Assembly: GCA_036012755.1 (NCBI GenBank)
Contig: DASCPX010000198.1
Span: forward strand, 29,349-93,348
Reading direction: 5' to 3'
Source of the DNA: Myxococcota bacterium
Lineage (GTDB): Bacteria > Myxococcota_A > UBA796 > CAJQPC01
DNA length: 64,000 nt
Each line of letters opens with the position of its first letter. The stretch's first letter is position 1. The notes below the pieces were generated by a model, which made no database searches, was not told where the DNA came from, and saw only the letters and a program-made list of their open reading frames with translations. Below are positions 38,019 through 46,880 of this stretch, piece by piece. A program made the translations under genes and the position numbers.

Positions 38019-38747
38019 ATGCAGACTGATCCAACGCAGCTTCGAGAAGGGGTTCGGAAGGCCTACTCGGCGGCCGCCCAGAGCCCCGAAGGCAAGCACC
38101 CCTTTCCTGTCGGGCGGGACTTCGCCGAGAGCGTCGGGTACCCGCCAGAGCTGCTCGACCGCTTTTCGAGCGAAGCGACCGGGGCCTTCGCCGGGGTCTC
38201 GAACGTCGCCATCAGCGCGGACATCCCGCCTGGCTCGGTCGTGATGGACCTTGGCTGCGGTGCTGGCCTGGACACCCTGGTCGCCGCCGAGCGCACCGGC
38301 CCTGGCGGTCGGGTCCTCGGGATCGACTTCAGCCCTACGATGGTCGCGCGGGCACGCGCTGCCACGGCCGACATCGAGGCTGTCGAGATCATCGAGGCCG
38401 CCGGGGAGCGCATTCCCCTCGAGAGGGGCTCGGTGGATGTGGCGCTGGTCAACGGGATCTTCAACCTCAACCCCAACCGGGAGAGCCTGTTCTCGGAGCT
38501 GGCTCGGGTCGTCCGTCCCGGGGGAGTCGTCTTCGCGGCCGAGCTGATCCTCCGGGCGGCCCTGGACGCCGCCTCCCGCTCCTCCTCATCGTGGTTTGCG
38601 TGAATCGCCGGGGCCAAGGAGGGCGGTGCCTTCCTCCAGGAGTTCCTCGACGCTGGTTTCTCTACGGCCGAGCTCGTCCGCACCCTGCGAAACGCCCGCA
38701 CGAAGAACGACAAGGTGCTCGCTGCCGAGGTGATCGCCCGACGCTGA
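38019..38747 (+). CDS. ArsM-like SAM methyltransferase, probable selenoprotein (UGA at 38601-38603)
   Basis: DLGCGAGLD, NGIFNL, ARVVRPGG. WFA-TGA-IAGA aligns with the ArsM W.GC(I/V)AGA cysteine. Frame stays open for 47 codons including FL..AGF. SECIS-like hairpin follows. Confidence 0.8.
38617..38635 (+). promoter_or_regulatory. Candidate bacterial SECIS hairpin
   Basis: AGGAGGGC-GGT-GCCTTCCT. The G-containing apical loop begins 21 nt after the UGA. Confidence 0.62.
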
Positions 38748-38769
38748 GCGGGGTTGTCCGCCGGGGGTT

Positions 38770-39669
38770 TCAGCGCACGGGCACCGTCAACAGCTCGCCG
38801 CGCTGCCGATCCGTCCACGTGACTGAGTCCTCGTTGGCCACGAGGTCACCCGGCGCCGTGAGGATGGCCACGGGCTCGTAGGTGCCACCGGAAAACGGCG
38901 TCGAGACGATGACCTCGCTTGTCATCCAGTACAGATTCGCCTCGTTCGCCGCGAGCCACGAGGGCTTCGGTGGGCTGTACGACAGCTGCTCCGCGGTCCC
39001 GTCTTCGATCAGGTAGATCCAGCCGCCGTAGGGCCAGTTGTGGGACTGGGTGCTCAGGAAGACGCCCTCGTCGGTCGCGAGCACGTCGACCGGGTTCTCG
39101 TCGACCTCGACGACGACAGTCTGTGTGCCATCCTCGGTTATTCGCACGACGCAGTCGCACCCGCCAGCGCTGGCCACCAGCACGCCGTCTTCGGTCCCAC
39201 TCAGGCCCACCGGGGTGTCCAGGGTCGCCAGCACCGAGGCCTCGCCCGTGGCCAGCTCTGCGGTCCAGAGCTCACCGGTCCCCTCGTCGAGCCACCAGGC
39301 CGTGCCGCCCTCCGAGACGATGCGGCCAGGGGTGTTGAGGCCCTCGGCCAGGGTCGTGGTCTCCTCGCCGATGTGCAGTACGCGGCCGCTGCGCTCGGTC
39401 ACGAGGAGGCCCTCGGTGGTCGCCGCCAGCATGTAGGGCTCGTCCAGGCCCTCTGCGAGGACCTCGAGCCCGCCACCGTCGATCGAGACGACGCGCCCCG
39501 CGTCCATCTCTGCGATGACATACGAACCATCGACGACGAGCAGTCCCCGCGGGTCGGCGAGCCCCTCGAAGATCGTGTCGGGTTCGGGAGGCTCGTCGTT
39601 GGTCCAGCCCTGCTCTGGGGTCCAGCCCGTGTCGGGTCCGCTGGCCGTGCAGGCGAGCAGGGCGATCAC
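38770..39669 (-). CDS. Lipoprotein-like beta-propeller protein
   Basis: GTG start overlapping the upstream stop gives MIALLAC. Repeated LAEGL..P blades. Confidence 0.75.
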   Translation of the reverse strand: MIALLACTASGPDTGWTPEQGWTNDEPPEPDTIFEGLADPRGLLVVDGSYVIAEMDAGRVVSIDGGGLEVLAEGLDEPYMLAATTEGLLVTERSGRVLHIGEETTTLAEGLNTPGRIVSEGGTAWWLDEGTGELWTAELATGEASVLATLDTPVGLSGTEDGVLVASAGGCDCVVRITEDGTQTVVVEVDENPVDVLATDEGVFLSTQSHNWPYGGWIYLIEDGTAEQLSYSPPKPSWLAANEANLYWMTSEVIVSTPFSGGTYEPVAILTAPGDLVANEDSVTWTDRQRGELLTVPVR

Positions 39670-40475
39670 GATCCCTCCTCGTAGGCGCAGCGGAAGCCCA
39701 CGCCCTCGCTGCGCTTCTCTGGGAGCACGGCCCAGCGGGCGGTCGTGCGGATGCTGTCGTCGACATCGCGGAAGCCGCCTCCGCGCATCACGCGGTAGTC
39801 GCCTTCGGTCGGGCCAGCCGGATCGACGAGATCCTCGACCCCGTAGTCGCCGTAGCGATCGAAGACCCACTCTGCGACGTTGCCAGCCATGTCGGCGAGG
39901 CCAGCCGGGCTGTCCCCGGCGGGGCTGCGGCTCCCGACCGGCTGGGGCTCGGGCTCGCAGAGGGTCGAGTTCGTGAAGTAGACGGCCAGCTCGCAGCTCG
40001 CACCGTCAGCGCCCCAGGGGTAGCGGTCGTCGCTCTCGGAGCCCTTCGCGGCGAGCTCCCACTCGGCCTCGGTCGGCAGGCGTCCGCCGGCCCAGGCGCA
40101 GTAGGCGGCCGCCTCGTACCAGCTGACGTAGGCAACGGGGACCTCGCCCTCCAGCGGCCTGAAGCCCTCGCCATCCCACTCCAGCGGCTGCAGGGGGTGG
40201 TGGAAGACCTGGGCCGCGTCGGCGATCGAGTTCAGGAACTCGGCCCACTGCGCTTCGGTGACCTCTGTGCGGTCCATCGAGAAGGCCGTGACGCTGACGC
40301 TGTGCTGGGGCTGCTCGTTCTCCTTCCACTCGTCGCCGTAGGGACCGGGCTCCGCGTCCCCCTTGCCTTGGAGGTAGGTCGCGGCGGGCACCTCGACGCG
40401 GTCGGTCTCGGGGTAGGCGGGCCAGGTGCCGGCCTCCTCGACGGGCTCGCCGCAGCCCAGCAGCGACAGCAGCAT
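39666..40475 (-). CDS. Formylglycine-generating enzyme (SUMF1) family lipoprotein-like protein
   Basis: MDRTEVT, RLPTEAEWELAA, YPWG, DMAGNVAEW, RGGGF, GFRCA. Starts MLLSLLGC. Confidence 0.9.
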   Translation of the reverse strand: MLLSLLGCGEPVEEAGTWPAYPETDRVEVPAATYLQGKGDAEPGPYGDEWKENEQPQHSVSVTAFSMDRTEVTEAQWAEFLNSIADAAQVFHHPLQPLEWDGEGFRPLEGEVPVAYVSWYEAAAYCAWAGGRLPTEAEWELAAKGSESDDRYPWGADGASCELAVYFTNSTLCEPEPQPVGSRSPAGDSPAGLADMAGNVAEWVFDRYGDYGVEDLVDPAGPTEGDYRVMRGGGFRDVDDSIRTTARWAVLPEKRSEGVGFRCAYEEGS

Positions 40476-41434
40476 CAAGGCGTCTCCTGGTTCAGGAAGG
40501 CCCACACCTGCTCGTTGTACTGGGGCTGCCAGCGGTGGGTGACGCCCTCGAGCCGGTAGTACAGGACGTCCTCGCCGTCTGTCCAGCCCTGCTCGACGAG
40601 GTCCTCGTAGATTCGATCAGAGGCCTTCACCTTGACGTCGGGATCGGCGTCGCCGTGGACGAGCACTGCCCTTGGGTGGGCGTCGAGCTCGGCCATGCGC
40701 GCGTCGTAGTCGTTGACATCGGCGAAGCCGGACTGCGAGCAGAAGCCGGCGAAGACCTCTGGCAGCTCGAAGCCGGCGATCAGCGACAGCCCCGCGCCTC
40801 GGGAGTGGCCGCTGACGTAGACCCGCGTCCCATCTACGTTGTAGAGGGAGCTGACCTCGTCGAGCACCGCCTGGAGGTACTCCAGATCCGGGTTGTCATC
40901 CCAGCCGCCGTTCCAGGCGTTTTGGTAGACGTACCAGCCCCAGACCCAGTAGCTGCCGAAGTCGCGCCACTCGGGCTGGCCGTAGACCACGATGAAGTCG
41001 TTGAGATCGGCGGTCCGGTTCAGCTCTGTGAACTCGTCGAGGAAGTAGGCATCGACGGTGAAGCCGCCAAGGTTGAAGAGCACCGGCGTGGGCATCTCCG
41101 GGTCATAGCGCCGCGGCACGTAGACGCGGAAGTGACGCTCGACCTCGTCCTGCGCTCGCGCTCCGCGCACCACGACGGTTCCGTCCCAGGTCCCTGCGAG
41201 GCCTCCTTCGCCCAAGGAGCCGAGGGCCGGATCCTCCACTGGCTCCGGTGCTGTTGCGCCGTCGTACGCACAGGCCGCGAGGGCCTCTTCGGGCCATGGC
41301 ACCTCTGCGCAGGCGGCGTTGCAGTCCTTCCAGTCCGTGCCGAGTGTGCAGCCTGCCAGTTCGTCGCAGATTCCGTTGTCAGCGGTCGCACAGCGGGGCT
41401 CGGGCTGACAGGCGAGGGTGGCGAGGAGGAACAA
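40475..41434 (-). CDS. PHB depolymerase/LpqP-like esterase, lipoprotein-like
   Basis: RVYVPRRY, FIVVY, RVYVSGHSRGA (GxSxG), VHGDAD, H. Start MFLLATLAC (TTG, uncertain). Confidence 0.82.
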   Translation of the reverse strand: MFLLATLACQPEPRCATADNGICDELAGCTLGTDWKDCNAACAEVPWPEEALAACAYDGATAPEPVEDPALGSLGEGGLAGTWDGTVVVRGARAQDEVERHFRVYVPRRYDPEMPTPVLFNLGGFTVDAYFLDEFTELNRTADLNDFIVVYGQPEWRDFGSYWVWGWYVYQNAWNGGWDDNPDLEYLQAVLDEVSSLYNVDGTRVYVSGHSRGAGLSLIAGFELPEVFAGFCSQSGFADVNDYDARMAELDAHPRAVLVHGDADPDVKVKASDRIYEDLVEQGWTDGEDVLYYRLEGVTHRWQPQYNEQVWAFLNQETP

Positions 41435-41445
41435 GGGCGAGGTGC

Positions 41446-44400
41446 TTAGGACTCCGAGGACGCCGCAGCGTTCTGCTGGAGGAGCGCCCAGATCCGGAGG
41501 TTGTCGTCTCGCTGGGCCAAGAGCAGCGGAGAGGGCTCGCCGTCGGCGTCGAACTGCGAGCGGAAGCGGCCCTCCTTGCGACAGAAGTCGTCGATGAAGT
41601 CGCCCTCGTTGCGAGCCACGAGGCGCTTGCTCTCCGGGTTGCCGGCGATGTTCCAGCCCGAGCGCGGGTCGTAGCTCCACAGGGGCCAGTAGCGGCTGGT
41701 CGTCGCCCGACGCGCCTGGTCGAACACACCCGTCGCGGGGAACTTGTGTGCCGTCATGCAGGGCACGTAGCAGAACAGGATCGCGGGACCGGGGAACTCC
41801 TCGGCCGCCTTGTAGGCCTGATCCATGTGGTTGGGGTAGGCGAGGTTCACCCGGGCCACGTAGGCGTTGTTGCCGTAGGCCACTGACAGCCCCAGCGGGA
41901 AGCGCCCCAGGAGCTTGCCCCCCGGGGCGAAGGGCGCGTCCATGCCCATCGGCGTGGCCTTGGACATCTGGCCACCGGTGTTCGAGTAGACATCCGTGAC
42001 GAGCACCATCACGACCAGGTCCAGGTCGGACTGCAGGACGTGCAGCATCATCTGCAGGCCGATGTCGAAGGCCCAGCCGTCTCCGCCGACGATCAGGGTG
42101 GTCTTGTCCAGGCTGCTCGTGATGGTCGTACGCAGCAGCCCCAGGTGCGTCCGGAAGGCCACGGGCTGGTCCGCCGACTGCTGCCATGCGGTGTCGAGCG
42201 TGGCCTGGATCCGCTGGATCTGCCTCACCCGGTCGAAGCGGTCGGCCAGGCTGGTTCCCTTGTCCTTCCGGCTCTCGTAGAACTCTCGCAGGTCCTGAGC
42301 CAGGGTCGCGAAGACCGGCCGGTCCGCGAGCTCGCGGTCTTCGAGCAGGGCCTGGAGGACGTGCTCCGCAGAGGCCTCCATCTGCTCGGCTTCCTGGTCC
42401 ACGCCGAGCGCGATCCCGCCGCCGACGGCCGCGTTGTTCTCGAAGAGGGGATTCACCCACGCCGGGCCGCAGCCGGTCTCGTCGGTGCCGTAGGGCGTCT
42501 CGTAGGCCTGGGCGCCCCAGATGGAGGAGCAGCCCGTCGCGTTGGAGATGACCGTGTGGGGGTAGAGCTGGAGGAACTTCGAGACATACAACGGCTCGTA
42601 GCAGCCTGCGCATGCCCCGGAGGCACCGAGGTAGTTGGGCAGGGCCTCCATCTCGGGCTGGGTGTGGCGCTGCTTGGTCAGGTCCAGCTCGAGGTCCACG
42701 CCACCGCCGGCGTCCACGGCCGCATCCAGGATCTCCCGGCGCTGTTTCAACCAGTCGTAGTACTCGGCGGTCACGTGGTGGAGCTTGATCGCGTCCTTCG
42801 CACAGGAGGCCTCGCAGACCCCACAGCCGGTGCAGAGGTTCGGATCGACCGCCAGCCCGTAGGCCTCGTCCGGTCCGAGCTGCTGGGGCTGGAAGATGCT
42901 GTCGGTGGGGTCGAGGTCCACCCCGCCGGTGTCCCGGAAGACCCGGCTCAAGGGCAGGTGGGAGAGACTCCGCTGCAGCTCTGGGCCGAGCACCGCCTGG
43001 TCGAGGGCGCCGCCGGTGGGGCAGGAGTAGACGCAGCCGCCGCAGCCGTTGCAGAGCCACGGGTAGAAGGTGGGCAGCTCGGTGGCGAAGCTGCGGGACA
43101 GGCCCTTCCAGGTGTTCACCGGGCGGGCGCCCCCGCGGGCGTGGTCGAAGTAGGCGCTCACGGGAATGGAGTCGCCCTGGCCAGCCATGCCGGGCTCCTG
43201 GATCTCGTCCCGGAAGGCCTGCTCGTCGGGCCGCGGGACGGTCAGATCGTCCAAGGAGGTCCTCGCCCGCTCTGCTGGCGCGGCCTCCACCTGGTGCTCG
43301 GCGACCGCGACCGACTCGGAGGGGACGGGGACAGGGAGGAGGGCATCGACGGCCCGGTGGAAGGCCGCGATGTTCCGCTCGATGACCTCTGGACCCTTCC
43401 GGGCGAAGGTCTTCCGGATCCCGGACTCCATCGCGCGGTCGGCGTCCTCGCCGCTGATCGGGCCGAAGTGGTCCAGGAGCACCCGCTGCATGATCATGCT
43501 GATCTTGTTGCCGAGGTCGTGCTCGGCGGCGATCCTGAAGGCGTCGATGGCGTAGACCTCGAGCTTCCTTCGCTGGATGGCGAGCTGCAGCTCGGCGGGG
43601 AGCGCGGCGAAGACCATCTCCGGCGGGAGGCTGGTGTTGACCACGAAGGTCCCGCCTTGCCGGATGCCCCCGAGGATGCCCCTGCGCTTGCCGAGCAGGG
43701 CCGGGTGGTGGACCGCGACATAGTCGGGGTTCTGGATGTCGAAGCACTCCTCGAAGGGCTCGCTCGAGACCCGGAGGTGGGAGACGGTCACGCCGCCGGC
43801 CTTCTTGCTGTCGTACTCGGCGTGGGAGGCGATGAAGATGTCCTCGCCGTCCGAGCCGGACTGGGCCGAGTAGATCTTCGCGGCGGCCTTCACCATGCTG
43901 ACCGTTCCGTCGCTGCCGTAGGCCACGATGCGCGCCTGGTGGACGGCGCTGTCCCCGAAGATGTCGGGAGTGGGGGCGGTGGGCAGCGAGGTGTGGTTGA
44001 TGTCGTCGACGACCCCCACGCTGAAGCCGGTCCACGGCTGTCCGCTCCGCTCCAGCTCGGCCAGGTGGTTCAGGACGCTGACGACGTGGCCGGGGTGGAA
44101 GTCCTTTCCGCCGACGCCGTACATTCCGCCGGTCACGATCGGCAGTCGAGCCAGCCGCGGGAGACCCGGGAAGCCCTGGGCGCCCTTCACCACCGCCGAG
44201 CGGACGTCCGCGCAGAGGGGCTCGTCCTGCAGGGTGTGGTTCACGCTGCGGTCGAGCACGGCGATGCGCTCGACGGTGTGTGGCAGCGTGGCGAGGAAGT
44301 CGGCCACGAGGAAGGGTCGGAAGGCGCGCACGTCCACGACGCCGATGCGCCGCTCCGGGTCTTCTCGAAGGAGATGGCGGATCGTCGCGCTGATCGTGCT

Positions 44401-45288
44401 GACCGAGCTCCCGGCGGCCACGATCACGTCGGTGGCATCAGGGTGACCGGCGTAGCCGTAGGGGGCGTAGCTCCTACCCGTGAGCTGCTCGAACTCCGCC
44501 ATGAGGCGAGGCAGGACCTGGGCCACGGCGTCGGCGTGGGGCCGCTGGGCGAGGCAGGCCTGCATGTAGCCGTCGGGGTTCTCGTTCGTCCCCCAGACGG
44601 TCGGATGGGCGGGGTCCAGCGAGCGGGACTTGTGCTGGATCATCCGCTCGTGGGGCAGGAACTCCCAGAAGAAGCTCTCTGACAGTTCGTTGATCTGGGT
44701 CTGCTTGTGGGTGGTGAGGAAGCCGTCGTAGACCACCGCCACCGGAAGGCTGACCTCCCACTTGAGGCGCTCGGCGATGGCTCCGAGGTCCTGGAGCTCC
44801 TGGGCGTCGCGGGAGAACAGGATGCAGATGCCGGTGTCCCTGACGGCGTAGACGTCCGAGTGGCCGGCGAAGATCGTGAGCGAGTGGCGGGAGAGGTCCC
44901 TGGCGCCGATGTAGAAGGAGACAGGCAGGAGCTGGCCCGCCGCGTTGTACATCTCGGGGATCATCAGCAGGATCCCCTGGGACGAGGAGCATGTCGCCGA
45001 GCCCACGCCCTTGGCTGCCATGCCCTGCACGAAGGAGGCTGCGGCTGCCTCGTCAGAGGCCATGAACACCTGCGGCACGACGCCGTAGAGGTTCTTCTCT
45101 CCCCGCGCCGCCATCTTCGCTGACTCCTCGCCGAAGGGCGAAGAGGGCGTGATCGTGTAGATGACGAGGCCGCCGTTGGACTTGTAGGCCACCCGGCTGA
45201 TCGACTCGTTGCCGTCGGTGATGACGCGGCTTCCCGGGAAGGGGGGGCTGCTCGTGACGGGCTCCACTGGTCGCGACCGTTCCATCAA
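41446..45288 (-). CDS. nifJ: Pyruvate:ferredoxin/flavodoxin oxidoreductase (single chain)
   Basis: ITDGNE, YTITPSS, SQGILLMIP, DGFLTTH, GSDGTV, YDSKKAGG, two ferredoxin motifs, GACAGC, NATGCSSIWG, GGDGWAFDIG, YSNTGGQ. Confidence 0.92.
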   Translation of the reverse strand: MMERSRPVEPVTSSPPFPGSRVITDGNESISRVAYKSNGGLVIYTITPSSPFGEESAKMAARGEKNLYGVVPQVFMASDEAAAASFVQGMAAKGVGSATCSSSQGILLMIPEMYNAAGQLLPVSFYIGARDLSRHSLTIFAGHSDVYAVRDTGICILFSRDAQELQDLGAIAERLKWEVSLPVAVVYDGFLTTHKQTQINELSESFFWEFLPHERMIQHKSRSLDPAHPTVWGTNENPDGYMQACLAQRPHADAVAQVLPRLMAEFEQLTGRSYAPYGYAGHPDATDVIVAAGSSVSTISATIRHLLREDPERRIGVVDVRAFRPFLVADFLATLPHTVERIAVLDRSVNHTLQDEPLCADVRSAVVKGAQGFPGLPRLARLPIVTGGMYGVGGKDFHPGHVVSVLNHLAELERSGQPWTGFSVGVVDDINHTSLPTAPTPDIFGDSAVHQARIVAYGSDGTVSMVKAAAKIYSAQSGSDGEDIFIASHAEYDSKKAGGVTVSHLRVSSEPFEECFDIQNPDYVAVHHPALLGKRRGILGGIRQGGTFVVNTSLPPEMVFAALPAELQLAIQRRKLEVYAIDAFRIAAEHDLGNKISMIMQRVLLDHFGPISGEDADRAMESGIRKTFARKGPEVIERNIAAFHRAVDALLPVPVPSESVAVAEHQVEAAPAERARTSLDDLTVPRPDEQAFRDEIQEPGMAGQGDSIPVSAYFDHARGGARPVNTWKGLSRSFATELPTFYPWLCNGCGGCVYSCPTGGALDQAVLGPELQRSLSHLPLSRVFRDTGGVDLDPTDSIFQPQQLGPDEAYGLAVDPNLCTGCGVCEASCAKDAIKLHHVTAEYYDWLKQRREILDAAVDAGGGVDLELDLTKQRHTQPEMEALPNYLGASGACAGCYEPLYVSKFLQLYPHTVISNATGCSSIWGAQAYETPYGTDETGCGPAWVNPLFENNAAVGGGIALGVDQEAEQMEASAEHVLQALLEDRELADRPVFATLAQDLREFYESRKDKGTSLADRFDRVRQIQRIQATLDTAWQQSADQPVAFRTHLGLLRTTITSSLDKTTLIVGGDGWAFDIGLQMMLHVLQSDLDLVVMVLVTDVYSNTGGQMSKATPMGMDAPFAPGGKLLGRFPLGLSVAYGNNAYVARVNLAYPNHMDQAYKAAEEFPGPAILFCYVPCMTAHKFPATGVFDQARRATTSRYWPLWSYDPRSGWNIAGNPESKRLVARNEGDFIDDFCRKEGRFRSQFDADGEPSPLLLAQRDDNLRIWALLQQNAAASSES

Positions 45289-45300
45289 CGCTCCTGGGGA

Positions 45301-45318
45301 GAGGACCGCCCGGTCCTC
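45301..45318. promoter_or_regulatory. Perfect inverted repeat upstream of PFOR
   Basis: GAGGACCG-CC-CGGTCCTC, just upstream of the PFOR RBS. Function unknown. Confidence 0.3.
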
Positions 45319-45357
45319 GTCCGATGGGGTGTATCTCTCACGCCGGGCTGGTCCAAG

Positions 45358-46356
45358 CTAGCTCTCGGGGGTCACCGACACGACCGCCTCTCCGAGCTCC
45401 AGGGCGTCGAAGCGGACACGCGCCAAGGAGCCCTCCGCGATCAGCTCCAGACCCTCGATCTCGACGCCTTCGACCTCCACCGTCGCGCCCTCGGCTCCCT
45501 CGGGGAGGTAGAAGGCGAGCTCCCAGGTGAAGAGGGCCTCCGGCCTGCCCGGAACGACCGGCGCGCGGAGCTCGAGGACGCTCCCGTCCCACTCCACGCT
45601 CTCCAGCAGCACCCCACCCATCGTTATCTGGCGGTTCCAGCCTAGGAACTGGGGATCGCCCGTGCGCTCCCGTACGGCGATCACCCTCCCGCTGTGCTCC
45701 GGCACCGAGTAGTCGAGCTCCGAGCTGAGCTCACCGAGGAACTCGCCGGTCCAGAACTCGTAGGCGAGGAAGTCACCCTCTCCCAAGGCGATCCGGTGCT
45801 CCCGGCTGCCCCCGTCCGGGATCTCCGCAGGGGGATTCTCGGACAGATCGAGGTTCCAGCCCCAGTTGAAGAGGCCGTAGACCAGGTAGCTCTCGCCGTA
45901 GCCGTCGACGCCTTCGACCTCGAGCTCCCAGACCTCTGGGAACTCCCGGGTGAAGACGTCCAGGGGGCGGGCCGAGACGCCGTAGGTCGGGAGCAGCCTC
46001 CGGATGGCGTCGAGCTGCTCCGCCTCGAGGTCGACCAGCTTGTCCCCGAGCTTCACGATGCCGCCGCTGAGCCCCACGAAGCTGCAGAAGGCCAGGGCCT
46101 CCTCGTGGCTCAGGCGTGGCCAGGTGTCATCGCGGGTGTTGCTGCGAAAGAAGATCAGGTCGGGGTGGTTGGACCAGACGCGGTCTTGCAGGTACCAGCG
46201 CCGACCTGCCGAGCGCACCGTGGGCTTGATGCCCTGCTGGTCGATGACGGCCTCTGGGTCCAGGCGCGGGTCCCAGTCCCAGACCGGCGCGTTGTCCAAG
46301 GTCGTGCGCATCGCATCGGCGAGGTCGAGGTTGATGCCGGTGACGCCGATCATCAC
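45358..46356 (-). pseudogene. C-terminal part of a GH36-like alpha-galactosidase
   Basis: DAMRTTLD, RRWYLQDRVWSNHPD, VGLSGG...LGD, GLFNW, YEFW. Begins mid-barrel at a junction with the MmgE relic. Confidence 0.62.
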
Positions 46357-46837
46357 GAGGGAAGCCCAGGGGATGCTCCAGCAGGTCTCGTGGCCCGGTC
46401 AGCCCCGCCGCCGCCAGCTCCGCCGCGCGGATGCCCTGCTCCAGGGGCAGCGAGGCTGTCAGCGTCTTGGCCCCCTCGTGTCAGAAGCCCGCCGCCAGGC
46501 AGGTGTTCGGCTGGTAGAGCGCCAGCGCGACCGCGTCCGCCAGCTGCCCGGCGTCCAGCCCACGGACCTTGCCGACCGCCAGCGCCGCGCCGGCGTTGTG
46601 GATGTATGAGCTCATCTGGCCGTTGAGCGGCCCGAGCAGACAGGCCGTCGAGAGTCGCCCTTCGAGCTCGTTGGCGACGGCTGCGGCTAGCGAGCACCTC
46701 GTCCAGGGTCGTCGCGAAGCCAAGCGGAGCCAGCACCGCGCTGTAGCCAGTGTGGCCGCAGAGCATGTAGTCGTCGTGGTCCAGCGCCATCGCGAAGGCG
46801 GCGTCAGCCGGTGACCGACCTGCTGCAGCAGGGTCAT
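46357..46837 (-). pseudogene. MmgE/PrpD-family relic
   Basis: AMALDHDD...GHTG, VANELEGRL, AK...GIRAAELAAAGLTGP..LE...GF. Two frame changes, an in-frame TGA at 46481-46483 and 3' truncation. Confidence 0.75.
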
Positions 46838-46880
46838 GCTCACCTCCGCTGCTACCCTCCCACGCTGGCTCGAGGGTTGT

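Noticed and set aside
40475..44682. Long ORFs 40475-44035 (-) and 42040-44682 (+)
   Set aside because: Alternate-frame and antisense shadows of PFOR in high-GC DNA. Only the last ~320 codons of the first encode the esterase.
46481..46483. In-frame TGA in the MmgE/PrpD relic as selenocysteine
   Set aside because: The gene also has frameshifts and truncation, and the context (GF*HEG) fits TGG>TGA.
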